Positions 28,266 to 39,458 of a DNA stretch of 58,557 bases are shown here, in pieces. Source of the DNA: Fibrobacterales bacterium (GTDB taxonomy: Bacteria > Fibrobacterota > Fibrobacteria > Fibrobacterales > CADBQJ01). Position 1 is the stretch's first letter; every line of letters starts with the position of its first letter. Location: contig JAGCEZ010000056.1 of assembly GCA_017650365.1 (NCBI GenBank), positions 1 through 58,557 of the forward strand, read 5' to 3'. Under the pieces are notes generated by a model. That model was not told the origin of the DNA. It searched no databases and worked only from the letters and a program-made list of their open reading frames with translations. Position numbers and translations under genes: made by a program.

Positions 28266-29986
28266 GGAGTGTGGGGACGGAGAGCTCCGCGCGCGACCCA
28301 GGCGGCGTCGTGCTTCAGCCAGGCTTCGTTGGCGGTGAAGAGGAGAAGCCCGCGCGTCTTCCGGAGGTCCGAACGCGCCGCTCCGATCTGCTCCAGCTGC
28401 AGCGCGAGGTCCTGGCGCCCGCTCCAGCCCGCGGTCTCCCAGGTGGAGAGCGAGGGGAGGACGCCGAGCGCGGGGAGCCCCGCCGCCTTCCGCGCCGCGC
28501 CGACCTTCTCCGCGACCGCGTTCCAGCGGTCGAGCCGGGCGCGGAAGCGCCCGAGGTCGTCGTCGTGGAGGCGCGGCGCGACGCCCGAGATCCAGCCCTT
28601 CTCCGCCCAGAGGACCCAGTCCTGGCCCTTCTCCTCGAGCGCGCGGACGGGGTCGTCGTCCACGACCGCGGTCACCCGGACGCCCGCGTCCGCGGCGGCG
28701 CGCGCGATTTCGGCGACGAACGAGTCGAGCGCCGCCCGCCGGAACCCGGCGAACGCCGCGTGGAGGGCGGAGTCGGGGAAGACGCTTCCGGGCCACCCGG
28801 CGACCTTGCGTTCGCCGAGCCGCTTCGCGAACTCCGTTTCGCACGTCTTCCCGTAGTCGGTCTCGTCCCCGAACGGGAGCTCGAAGTCGTCCACGAGGAT
28901 CTCCCGGACGCCGAGCCCGGCGAGCTGCCCGGCGAGCGCCGTCGCGGCGAGCGCGCGGACCTCGTCCGAGCAGAGCGTGAGCGCGGGGCGCGGTTCGCCG
29001 TTCGGGTCCTGCTGCAGCCAGCCCCGCGCGTGCCATTCGGCGAGCTCCGCGTCGGTCGCCCCGGCCGGAACCCGGACGAGCGAGAGCGCGGGGATCCAGT
29101 CCAGGGAGAGCGCGGCCGCGCGGTCGCGGAGCGGGCTTGCCTTCCCCTCGCCGTAGAGCCCGAAGCGGATCTCCTCCACGAGCCCCGTCGCGCCGGCGCG
29201 CGCAAGCGAATCGGCCCACTCCGCGCGCGGTTCCTGCGTCCAGAAGAGCCGTTCCTCGCCCGGGGCGGGCTTGCTCGTCGGCCCGAGGAGAATCCAGGCC
29301 TGCGCCATCCAGCGCCGCCCCTCCTTCCAGAGCTCCAGGTCCTCTTCGGGCTTCGACCTGCGGTCGGCGTTCCAGAGCTTCGCGTGGATGCGCCGCGCGT
29401 TCTCCACCCGTTCGCCGCGCGGGCCCGAATAGGGCGGCTTCGCCCCCTCCTTCAGCGCCTCCACGGCGGCGAGCATCTCGGCGTAGGGCCCGAACTTCCC
29501 GATCTCGTCGGGGTTCGGGCGGAGGGGCAGCCAGCGCCAGCCCGAAAGCCGGACCTCGGCGCCGTTCGCGGAATTTCCCAGCCAGCGGAGCTCGAACCCG
29601 ACGGGCGGTTTCGAGAGGTCGGGCTCCTCGCCCTCGACCCAGACGGGGCGGAGGGGGACCCGCTCGGCGGTCTTTCTTCCGGAGGGGACCAGCGGCTCGA
29701 AGCCCGCGGCGGCGTCGGGCCAGAGGGCGACCAGCTCCAGCCCCGGGACCTCCAGGGGGCGCGACGCGGAGACCGAGACCTCCAGCGCGCCCGTCGTGTC
29801 GAGCGCGAAGGGCTTCCGCGGGACGAAAGACCAGACGCACCCGCCTTCGGGGCAGGAGAAGAGCGTTTCGCCTCCGGCGGAACGCGGGGCCGGATCCCCC
29901 CAGCGGAGGGCGGCGGCGGGCGCGGCCAGGGCCTGGACCGCGGCGAGGGCCCCGAGAAGGAGCGGGATCCGGGAAATCGTCGGCAT
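28262..29986 (-). CDS. Exported protein with divergent GHL10/DUF187-like glycoside hydrolase domain
   Basis: Signal peptide; EVRAL...GVREILVDD..PF, FRRAALDSFV, GQDWVLWAEKGWI...P recall GHL10 (GQDW..W...G) motifs. Confidence 0.55.
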   Translation of the reverse strand: MPTISRIPLLLGALAAVQALAAPAAALRWGDPAPRSAGGETLFSCPEGGCVWSFVPRKPFALDTTGALEVSVSASRPLEVPGLELVALWPDAAAGFEPLVPSGRKTAERVPLRPVWVEGEEPDLSKPPVGFELRWLGNSANGAEVRLSGWRWLPLRPNPDEIGKFGPYAEMLAAVEALKEGAKPPYSGPRGERVENARRIHAKLWNADRRSKPEEDLELWKEGRRWMAQAWILLGPTSKPAPGEERLFWTQEPRAEWADSLARAGATGLVEEIRFGLYGEGKASPLRDRAAALSLDWIPALSLVRVPAGATDAELAEWHARGWLQQDPNGEPRPALTLCSDEVRALAATALAGQLAGLGVREILVDDFELPFGDETDYGKTCETEFAKRLGERKVAGWPGSVFPDSALHAAFAGFRRAALDSFVAEIARAAADAGVRVTAVVDDDPVRALEEKGQDWVLWAEKGWISGVAPRLHDDDLGRFRARLDRWNAVAEKVGAARKAAGLPALGVLPSLSTWETAGWSGRQDLALQLEQIGAARSDLRKTRGLLLFTANEAWLKHDAAWVARGALRPHTP

Positions 29987-30068
29987 GACGCAAATTTAGA
30001 AGTCCGCCCGAATTTGCTACATTCGCCTCCCGTGCAAATCCCCCTTTTGGGCTAACTCGAGGCAAGTC

Positions 30069-30809
30069 ATGGCTTCCGAAAAGAATCCGCAGGTCGAAGT
30101 CGGCGAATACCAGCGCAAGGACCGTTTCCAGCAGAAGGTCGGCGACGCCGTCGACCGTCTCCAGAACGAGCTGCCCCACCGCACCAACCAGCTGATTGCC
30201 GCGGTCGCCGTCGTCGTCCTCGTCGCCCTCGGGATCTTCTGGCAGGTGAACAACGTCCGCGAACGCGACAAGGCCGAGGCGGGCCGTCTCGGCGCCGCCC
30301 TCGCCGCCCACGAATCGGGCGACTTCCTCTCCGAAAAGGCCGAGCTCGAGAAGTTCCTCGCCTCCAACCCCTCCTCCGCGCTGGTCCGCGCCAAGGCCGC
30401 GCTCCTGCTCGGCAACCTGAACTACCTCGAACGCGACTTCGACGCGGCCGAGAAGAACTTCCGCGCCAGCGTCTCCGACGCCGGGAGCGTCGCGCTGATC
30501 GCCTCCGCCGCCCGCCACGGCCACGCCTCCACGCTGATGCAGAAGGGCGACTACGCGGCCGCCGCGTCCGAATGGGAATCCTTCGTCTCCTCCTACGGCA
30601 AGCGCCGCGGCACCGCGCGCGAACAGGCCGCGGGCAGGGACTCGTTCGACGAAGTGGCCCTCGTGGCCGACGCCCTCTACAAGCTCGCCATCTGCCGCGT
30701 CGAGCTCGGGCAGAACGACAAGGCGCGCGAAGCCTGCGAACGCATCCTCGCGAGCTACGGCGACAGCCGCGTCGCGAACCAGGCCCGCCTGGTCCTCGCC
30801 GCCCTCTAG
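30069..30809 (+). CDS. TPR membrane-anchored protein (YfgM-like)
   Basis: Single N-terminal TM followed by TPR helices. Confidence 0.7.
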   Translation: MASEKNPQVEVGEYQRKDRFQQKVGDAVDRLQNELPHRTNQLIAAVAVVVLVALGIFWQVNNVRERDKAEAGRLGAALAAHESGDFLSEKAELEKFLASNPSSALVRAKAALLLGNLNYLERDFDAAEKNFRASVSDAGSVALIASAARHGHASTLMQKGDYAAAASEWESFVSSYGKRRGTAREQAAGRDSFDEVALVADALYKLAICRVELGQNDKAREACERILASYGDSRVANQARLVLAAL

Positions 30810-30833
30810 CGCCCAGGGCCCGGAGAAGGCGCG

Positions 30834-32930
<2,097 letters not shown>

Positions 32931-33332
32931 GCCGCTGGCGAATTTCATGCCTAAATATCCATTCGAAACGGACTTTAATCGATTCTTGAACGGCTGTTCG
33001 CGGGCGAAGGCCGGGTTTGCATTTCCGGAATTCCCGGAACGGATTTGTCAAGAGGAAAATGACGAATTTTTTTTGTGGCCAGAATGTGGATAGATTGTCG
33101 GACTTCGCGTGACGAAAATGTGGATAAATGTGAACAAAACGATGCGCTCAAAAACCTCGATCGAAACCGGCCTTGTCCAAAGCGGAAAAATGTGGCGTTT
33201 TTGCGCTGAAAAACGTGTTTCCCGATGAAAAGGCAAAAAGGCCGTCCGCTCTCCGATTTCCTTTACTAGATTTCAAAAAAGCCGGAGACAAGCCATTCAG
33301 GCCCGGCGTGAGGAATGGGGATTGTTGATAAG
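32931..33332. other. AT-rich region with DnaA boxes (oriC-like or dnaA promoter)
   Basis: TGTGGATAA 33119-33127 (exact reverse complement of TTATCCACA), TGTGGATAG 33085-33093, TGTGAACAA 33129-33137, TGTTGATAA 33323-33331. Sharp GC drop directly upstream of dnaA. Confidence 0.6.
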
Positions 33333-34742
33333 ATGTCGATAGAAGCCAAAGCGCTGGAACCGCTCGAATCCGCTTGGGGACGGATTCTGGACTCCTGGAA
33401 GGAGTCGCTGGGCGCTTTCGCCTACGGCACCTGGATCGCGGGCTGCAGCCTCCTCCGCGAAACGCCGGACGGGACGCTGGTCGTCGGCCTGGCCTCCCAG
33501 TTCCACTGCGACTACTGCCGCCGGATGCGCGAACGCCTCCTCCTGGCCGCCGGCGAAGTCCGTCCCGGGCTCGCCTCGATCGAGTTCGAGGTCGATTCCT
33601 CGCTGGTCCCGCCGCAGCCCCGGCCGGAGTGCCCCGAAATCCCGTCCGTGCGGATCGAGCCCGTCGTCCCCGACCAGCGCGCCCCGCGCGGCGAGCGTCC
33701 TCCCTTCCGCGACGGCTTCACGTTCGCCGAGTTCGTCGAGGGCGAAGCCAACGAAATGGCGCTGAACGCCTGCCGGCAGGTGGCCGAGAACCCGGGCGCC
33801 GAGGGCCTCAACCCCCTGATCGTCTACGGCGGCTCCGGCCTCGGCAAGACCCATCTGCTCCACGCCCTGGGCCGCCAGGCCTGGGAGACCCGCGCCGTCG
33901 AGCGCGTGGCGATCCGCACGGTCGACCAGCTCGTCGCCGGCCTGGCCGAGACGGCGCGCCGCGGGCTCTCCGTCGGACAGCGCTTCGCCGACTACCTCCG
34001 CGCCGGGCTGGTCCTCGTGGACGACGTCCAGCTCCTGCCGAAGAGCGGCTGGGTGCACGACCAGTTCGCCGAGCTCTCCCGGCTCCTGATCTCCCGCGGC
34101 GTCCAGCTGGTCGTCACGAGCGACAAGCCCCTCTCCGAGCTCCAGTGGGCCGACCCGCAGCGCTTCCGCCACATGAAGGAGGGGATGGCGCTGGAGATCG
34201 GCAACCCCGACAGCCGGCTGCGCCTGGAGATCCTCCGCCAGAAGCTGAAGACGACGTGCCCGGACGCGGGGCTCTCCGACGAGGTGCTGGAGTTCGTCTC
34301 CGAAAACGACTTCGGCAACGTCCGCGAGCTGGAGGGGGCGCTCCTCAAGCTCGCGTTCCACGGCCGGATGCTGGGCTCGGAATGCACGATCGACATCGCG
34401 CAGAGCATCCTCGCCGACAGCGTCCGCGACAGCCGCCAGACCCTGACGCTGGAGATGATCGCCGCGGAGACCGCCCGCTGCTTCGGCCTGACGGTCGAGC
34501 ACCTCAAGAGCAAGAGCCGCCGCAAGGAGTACGTCACGGCGCGCAAGGTCGCGATGCACCTGGCGCGCACGCTCCTCGACCAGACGCTCCACTCGATCGG
34601 GTTCTACTTCAACCGCGACTACTCCACGGTCTCCAGCTCCATCGACACCGTCGAGGCCGCGATGGCGCTCGACCCCGACTTCGCGAACCGCGTCGAACGC
34701 CTCCGCGACCGCCTGGTCGCCCTCCGCAGCCTGGGCGAATAG
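33333..34742 (+). CDS. dnaA: Chromosomal replication initiator DnaA (divergent)
   Basis: Domain I (AYGTWI), FTFAEFVEG.AN, NPLIVYGGSGLGKTHLLHA, DDVQ, NVRELEGAL, domain IV KSRRKEYVTARKVAM...RDYSTV. Alternative start 33315. Confidence 0.88.
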   Translation: MSIEAKALEPLESAWGRILDSWKESLGAFAYGTWIAGCSLLRETPDGTLVVGLASQFHCDYCRRMRERLLLAAGEVRPGLASIEFEVDSSLVPPQPRPECPEIPSVRIEPVVPDQRAPRGERPPFRDGFTFAEFVEGEANEMALNACRQVAENPGAEGLNPLIVYGGSGLGKTHLLHALGRQAWETRAVERVAIRTVDQLVAGLAETARRGLSVGQRFADYLRAGLVLVDDVQLLPKSGWVHDQFAELSRLLISRGVQLVVTSDKPLSELQWADPQRFRHMKEGMALEIGNPDSRLRLEILRQKLKTTCPDAGLSDEVLEFVSENDFGNVRELEGALLKLAFHGRMLGSECTIDIAQSILADSVRDSRQTLTLEMIAAETARCFGLTVEHLKSKSRRKEYVTARKVAMHLARTLLDQTLHSIGFYFNRDYSTVSSSIDTVEAAMALDPDFANRVERLRDRLVALRSLGE

Positions 34743-34811
34743 CCCGTCCGCGCCCGCCGCCGCGCGCCCCGCGCCCGGACGCCGCGTCCGCCGAATTGGT
34801 ATATTCGCCCC

Positions 34812-35519
34812 ATGCAGGAATTCTCCGTCTCCCATCTCGTCTTCGGCTCGGGCGCCTTCTCGATCGTCATCGTCGGGCTGCTCGCGGCGACCTCCTTCGT
34901 CAGCTGGGGGGTGATCCTCCGCAAGATCCTCCTCCAGAGGAAGACCGCCCGCGCCAACGCCCGCTTCCTCGCCCAGTTCCGGAAGATCTCGCACTTCGCC
35001 GAGCTGCAGAACCTCTGCAAGGACGAGAAGGAGCCCTGCCCCCTGCGCGCCATCTCCAAGGGGATGCTCGTCGAGGCGAGCAAGCTCTCCGGGCGCGTGA
35101 GCTACGACAACATCCACCACCGCGCCGAGCTGATCGAGGAGAGCGCGCAGCGCTGCGTCGAGACCCAGCGCGTCGTGGACGCGAAGTACAACGGCTTCCT
35201 CTCCGTCGCCGCCAACCTCTCGCCCTTCCTCGGGCTGCTCGGCACCGTCTGGGGCATCATGGACAGCCTCTGGTCCATCGGGAAGCACGGCTCCGCCGAG
35301 CTCGTCGTGGTGGCCCCCGGCATCGGCGCCGCGCTGGTGACGACGATCGCGGGCCTGCTGGTCGCCATCCCCGCCTCCGGCGCCTTCAACCTCTTCTCCA
35401 TGCGGACGAACCGCAACGAGGTCTTCTACACCAACTTCGGCTCGCACGCGCTGGCGATGTTCAAGCGCGACGAGCTCGCCGCGGTGGAATCGGCCCAGGC
35501 GAAGGGAACCGCCGAATGA
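34812..35519 (+). CDS. tolQ: TolQ/ExbB proton channel
   Basis: SPFLGLLGTVWGIM, VAPGIGAALVTTIAGLLVAIPA. Confidence 0.9.
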   Translation: MQEFSVSHLVFGSGAFSIVIVGLLAATSFVSWGVILRKILLQRKTARANARFLAQFRKISHFAELQNLCKDEKEPCPLRAISKGMLVEASKLSGRVSYDNIHHRAELIEESAQRCVETQRVVDAKYNGFLSVAANLSPFLGLLGTVWGIMDSLWSIGKHGSAELVVVAPGIGAALVTTIAGLLVAIPASGAFNLFSMRTNRNEVFYTNFGSHALAMFKRDELAAVESAQAKGTAE

Positions 35520-35941
35520 AGAGACGTCCCCGCCGCGAGGATCCGCACGCGGAGCTCAACCTCACCAACCTGATCGACGTCGTCTTCGCGATCCTCGTCG
35601 TCTTCATGATCACCGCGCCGATGATGACGCGCGGCGTGAAGGTGGACCTGCCGAAGACCGAGGCGCCGAGCCTGGAGGAGAAGGAGCTGCTGCGCGTGAC
35701 GGTGGACCGGAACGGCTCGATTTTCGTGGGGCAGAGCCAGGTGGACCTCGAGGGGTTCGGCGACGAGCTGCTCCGCCAGTGGGACGGCGAGTCCCCGGTG
35801 GCGATCAACTCCGACGAGAACGTCCCCTACGGCCGCGTGATGAAGGTCGTCTCCCGCGCGCAGGCGCTCGGGGTGACGAAGGTCGGATTCCTGACCGCCG
35901 AGGACCTCGAGCGCGAGAAGGGGCGCGGAGGGCGGCGGTGA
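35516..35941 (+). CDS. tolR: TolR/ExbD
   Basis: ELNLTNLIDVVFAILVVFMITAP, VDLPK, DENVPYG. Confidence 0.9.
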   Translation: MKRRPRREDPHAELNLTNLIDVVFAILVVFMITAPMMTRGVKVDLPKTEAPSLEEKELLRVTVDRNGSIFVGQSQVDLEGFGDELLRQWDGESPVAINSDENVPYGRVMKVVSRAQALGVTKVGFLTAEDLEREKGRGGRR

Positions 35942-36801
35942 TCCGCGCCGAGGCGAGCGAGGACTTCGGCTTCGGAAACGGGGACGACGCGGCGTTCCGC
36001 GGAATCGTCCTCTCCTCCCTGGCCTTCCACGCCGCCCTGGCCGCGCTGATCGCGCTGGGGTTCCTGCTGGCCGGCGGAAAGAAGCAGAAGGAGTCGATGG
36101 CGCTGGTCGAGCTGGTGCAGGTCGCGCAGCCGGCGCCGCCCGCCCCGGAGGTCGCGCCCGAACCGCCCGGGAGCCCGGAGCCGAAGCCCGCGAAGGCGGA
36201 GCCGGCGCCGGCGGAACCCGCGCCCGCGCCGAAGCCCGAGGCCAGGCCCAAACCCAAGCCGCAGCCGAAGCCGGAAGTCAAGCCCGAACCGAAGCCGGAG
36301 GTCAAGCCGGAAGTCAAGCCCGAGCCGAAGCCGGAACCCAGGCCCGAGCCGAGGCCCGAGGCCGCGCCCGCCGTCGCGAAGACGGACGACGCGGCGCCCC
36401 GCGAAAAACCCGACTCGCTGAAGACCGCGTCGGGCATGGACCTCCCGACGTTCGCGCCCAGGCGGTCGAACAGCTCGCCCTCCGCGGCGGGCGTCGTCGG
36501 CGGGCGCGCGACCGACGGCCGCGTCAACGCCTACAACGCGCAGATCAAGGCGGCCGTCGAACCCCGCTGGACCCCGCCCGTGGTCGAGGGCGTCGCGCCG
36601 GGCACGCGCGCCGTGGTCTCGTTCGTCATCGGGCGCTCCGGCGCGCAGGGCGCGGTGTCGCTCGCGAAGAGCTCCGGAAGCCCCGTCCTCGACCAGCTCG
36701 CGCTGCGCGCGGTGAACCTCGCCAAGTTCCCGCCGCTCCCGCCCGCGATCGAGGAGGATCCCTATCCCGTCAGCTACGGCTTCGTCTACGAGGGACAATA
36801 G
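35938..36801 (+). CDS. tolA: TolA/TonB-like protein
   Basis: GTG start overlapping the tolR stop; TM SLAFH, KPE repeats, C-terminal SSGSPVLDQLALRAV; lies between tolR and tolB. Confidence 0.8.
   Translation: MIRAEASEDFGFGNGDDAAFRGIVLSSLAFHAALAALIALGFLLAGGKKQKESMALVELVQVAQPAPPAPEVAPEPPGSPEPKPAKAEPAPAEPAPAPKPEARPKPKPQPKPEVKPEPKPEVKPEVKPEPKPEPRPEPRPEAAPAVAKTDDAAPREKPDSLKTASGMDLPTFAPRRSNSSPSAAGVVGGRATDGRVNAYNAQIKAAVEPRWTPPVVEGVAPGTRAVVSFVIGRSGAQGAVSLAKSSGSPVLDQLALRAVNLAKFPPLPPAIEEDPYPVSYGFVYEGQ
36181..36360 (+). repeat. Pro/Lys/Glu 4-residue repeats (KPEV/KPEP) in the TolA linker
   Basis: Repeated aagccggaagtc/aagcccgaaccg units. Confidence 0.8.
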
Positions 36802-36805
36802 AATC

Positions 36806-38089
36806 ATGGCAAAAAGAACAACCGTCCCGCCGCTCCGGACCGCCTTCGCGCTCCTCCTCTGCGCCGCGATCGCCTCTCCCGCCTCCGCCGAGGAGAACTA
36901 CATCGAGTCCTCCGCCGGCGCCGGCGCCATCGCGCTCGGCATGCTCGACATCTCGCAGGAGGGGAGGGGGACGCTCTCCGAGGACCTGAACTCCGTCCTC
37001 GTCCACGACCTCGAATGGCCCGGGCGGTTCCGCGTGCTGCGCTCCGCGCGCGTGGAGAAGTCGCGCTGGACCGCGGAGAACGTCTTCAGCTTCGTCCACG
37101 GCAGCTATTCGGTCTCGGGCGACTCGCTCCTGCTGGAGCTCGAGCTCTCCGACCTCGTCTCCATGCGCACGGTCCCGGGCATGAAGCGCGTCTGGAAGAT
37201 CCACAGGAAGCAGGCGAGACGCGCCGTGCACGAGTTCGCCGACATGCTGGCGAAGCAGTTCTACGGCGAGGAGGGCGCCGCGACCACCAAGGTCCTCTTC
37301 GTCCGCCGCGGCGGCGGGAAGCGCGAGATCTGGATGATGGACTACGACGGCGCGAACGCCCGCCAGATCACGAAGGACGGAAACGTCGCGATGCTCCCGG
37401 CCTGGTCCGCGGACGGGAAGACCGTCCACTACAGCAGCTTCCTCGACGGCCACGCCGCGCTCCGCACGATCGGCCAGGGACGGTCCGCCTCCGCGCCGCT
37501 CACCCCGAAGGGGGTCCACGCCTACGGCGGCCGCGAAAGCCCCGACGGGACGAAGACGGTCTACGTGCGCGAGACGGGCTCCTCCACCGACCTGTGGCTG
37601 ATGGACATGAAGACGGGGAAGAGCGAGAGGCTCACCTTCCACTCCGCCACCGAGACCTCGCCGGACTGGTCCCCGAACGGCGAGAGCGTCGTCTTCACCT
37701 CCGACCGGGGCGGGCGCCCGCAGCTCTACACGATCGGCGCGGACGGCTCCGGCGAGGAGCGCCTCACCTTCACCGGGACCTACGTGGAGAGCGGGGTCTG
37801 GTCCCCCGCGGGCGACAAGGTGGCCTACTGCGCGATGACGGAGGGGCAGTTCAGCCTCTTCGTCCTCGACCTGGCCACGGGCGAGACCGCGCAGATCACC
37901 TCCGGGCGCGGGAACGACGAGTCCCCGAGTTGGTCTCCGGACGGCAGAATGATTATTTTCGCTTCTGACCGCACGGGCGTTTCGCAGCTCTACCTGATCC
38001 GCCCGGACGGAACCGGACTCGTCCAGCTGACGCGCGAAGGGAACAACGCGGCGCCCCGCTGGTCCCCCGGAACGCAGAAAAAGGAGTAA
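36806..38089 (+). CDS. tolB: Tol-Pal system protein TolB
   Basis: Signal peptide, MDYDGAN, PD40 repeats (PAWS, WSPNG, WSPDG). Confidence 0.92.
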   Translation: MAKRTTVPPLRTAFALLLCAAIASPASAEENYIESSAGAGAIALGMLDISQEGRGTLSEDLNSVLVHDLEWPGRFRVLRSARVEKSRWTAENVFSFVHGSYSVSGDSLLLELELSDLVSMRTVPGMKRVWKIHRKQARRAVHEFADMLAKQFYGEEGAATTKVLFVRRGGGKREIWMMDYDGANARQITKDGNVAMLPAWSADGKTVHYSSFLDGHAALRTIGQGRSASAPLTPKGVHAYGGRESPDGTKTVYVRETGSSTDLWLMDMKTGKSERLTFHSATETSPDWSPNGESVVFTSDRGGRPQLYTIGADGSGEERLTFTGTYVESGVWSPAGDKVAYCAMTEGQFSLFVLDLATGETAQITSGRGNDESPSWSPDGRMIIFASDRTGVSQLYLIRPDGTGLVQLTREGNNAAPRWSPGTQKKE

Positions 38090-38092
38090 GCC

Positions 38093-38638
38093 TTGAAGAC
38101 GCTGAAAACCCTCTCCATCCTCTGCCTGTCGCTCCTCGTGATGGCGGGCTGCGCGAAGAAGCCCAACGCCGTCGACGCCGAACAGAGCGCCGACGCGGCC
38201 GCGGGCGGGAACCAGGCCGCCCTCTCCGCCGAGGAGCAGGCCGCCGCCGACGCCGCCGAGCTCGAGAAGAAGAAGGCCCGGCTGCAGGAGCTGCTCGACC
38301 GCATCATGGCCGAGGACATCTACTTCGACTTCGACCGCTCCGCCATCACCGAACAGGCGAAGTCGCTGCTGAGCGAAGTCGCCGAGATCATGGTCTCGGA
38401 AAAGCGCTTCGAGCTGGTCATCGAAGGCCACACCGACGAACGCGGCACCGAGAGCTACAACATGAGCCTCGGCTCCAAGCGCGCCAAGGCCGTCCAGCAG
38501 TTCCTCGCCGACCTCGGCGTGGGGACGGAGCGGCTGACCACGATCTCCTACGGCGAAGAGGCCCCCAAGGTCGAGGGCTCCGGCGAAGAGGCCTGGTCCA
38601 AGAACCGCCGCGCCCACTTCAAGGTCAACGTCCGCTAG
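38093..38638 (+). CDS. pal: Peptidoglycan-associated lipoprotein
   Basis: Lipobox MAGC; IYFDFD, IEGHTDERG, YNMSLG, ISYGEE, KNRR. Confidence 0.95.
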   Translation: MKTLKTLSILCLSLLVMAGCAKKPNAVDAEQSADAAAGGNQAALSAEEQAAADAAELEKKKARLQELLDRIMAEDIYFDFDRSAITEQAKSLLSEVAEIMVSEKRFELVIEGHTDERGTESYNMSLGSKRAKAVQQFLADLGVGTERLTTISYGEEAPKVEGSGEEAWSKNRRAHFKVNVR

Positions 38639-38656
38639 CCCGCGGAGACCGAAGAG

Positions 38657-39424
38657 ATGGCGTTCTCCGCGAAATCCGCCCTCCGCGCGGCCTGCCTGGC
38701 CGCCCTGGCGCTCTCCCTCTCCGGGTGCGCCGAGATGCTGGGCATGGAGTCCAAGCAGCTCACGCGCGCCGAGGCCGCCCTCGCGGCCCGCATCGACACG
38801 CTCCAGGCCCGGGTCGACTCCCTCCAGAACGAGCTGGCCAAGGCCGCGCGCCGCAACCAGGCCGACCTGGCCGCGCTGCAGCGCGCCGTCCAGGAGGGGA
38901 ACGACGCGATCGCGGCGCGGATCGAGGAGAACACATACGCCATCTCCCGGAGCGCCGCGAAGCCCGCGCCCGCCGCGCAGCCCGAAGGGAAGAAGAAGGC
39001 CCAGACGCCCGCGCAGGCCGCCGCACCCGCCGCCTCCCCGGCGCCCGCCGGCGAGGAGCTGGAGAAGCTCTACAACATGGCCCGCGCCGACTTCAACGCG
39101 CAGCGCTTCCAGGAGGCCTACCAGGGGTTCAAGTCGGTCTACGAACAGGCCCCCGAAGGCCGCCGCGCCGAGGACGCGCTCTACTGGATGGGTCTCTGCT
39201 TCGAGAAGACCTCCCAGCCCGACGCCGCGCTGGTCGTCTACCGCCAGGTGCTCGACGCCTTCCCGCAGGGGAAGAAGTCCTGCGCGGCGCGGTTCCAGAT
39301 GGCGCGGATCGCCGAGGCGCAGGGCAGGGCCGACGAGCGCCTGGAGCTGTTGCGGCAGCTGGCCGGAGAACCGGTCTGCGCCAACTCCAACGAAGGGCGC
39401 CGCGCGGCCGAAATGCTCAAGTAG
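38657..39424 (+). CDS. cpoB: Tol-Pal associated CpoB/YbgF-like TPR lipoprotein
   Basis: Lipobox LSGC, coiled coil, TPR (ALYWMG); follows pal. Confidence 0.8.
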   Translation: MAFSAKSALRAACLAALALSLSGCAEMLGMESKQLTRAEAALAARIDTLQARVDSLQNELAKAARRNQADLAALQRAVQEGNDAIAARIEENTYAISRSAAKPAPAAQPEGKKKAQTPAQAAAPAASPAPAGEELEKLYNMARADFNAQRFQEAYQGFKSVYEQAPEGRRAEDALYWMGLCFEKTSQPDAALVVYRQVLDAFPQGKKSCAARFQMARIAEAQGRADERLELLRQLAGEPVCANSNEGRRAAEMLK

Positions 39425-39458
39425 CGCCCGCCCCCCCGCGCTTGCTAGATTTGGGCGC

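Noticed and set aside
33216-33232. parS-like TGTTTCCCGATGAAAAG
   Set aside because: It needs an insertion and several mismatches relative to TGTTTCACGTGAAACA.
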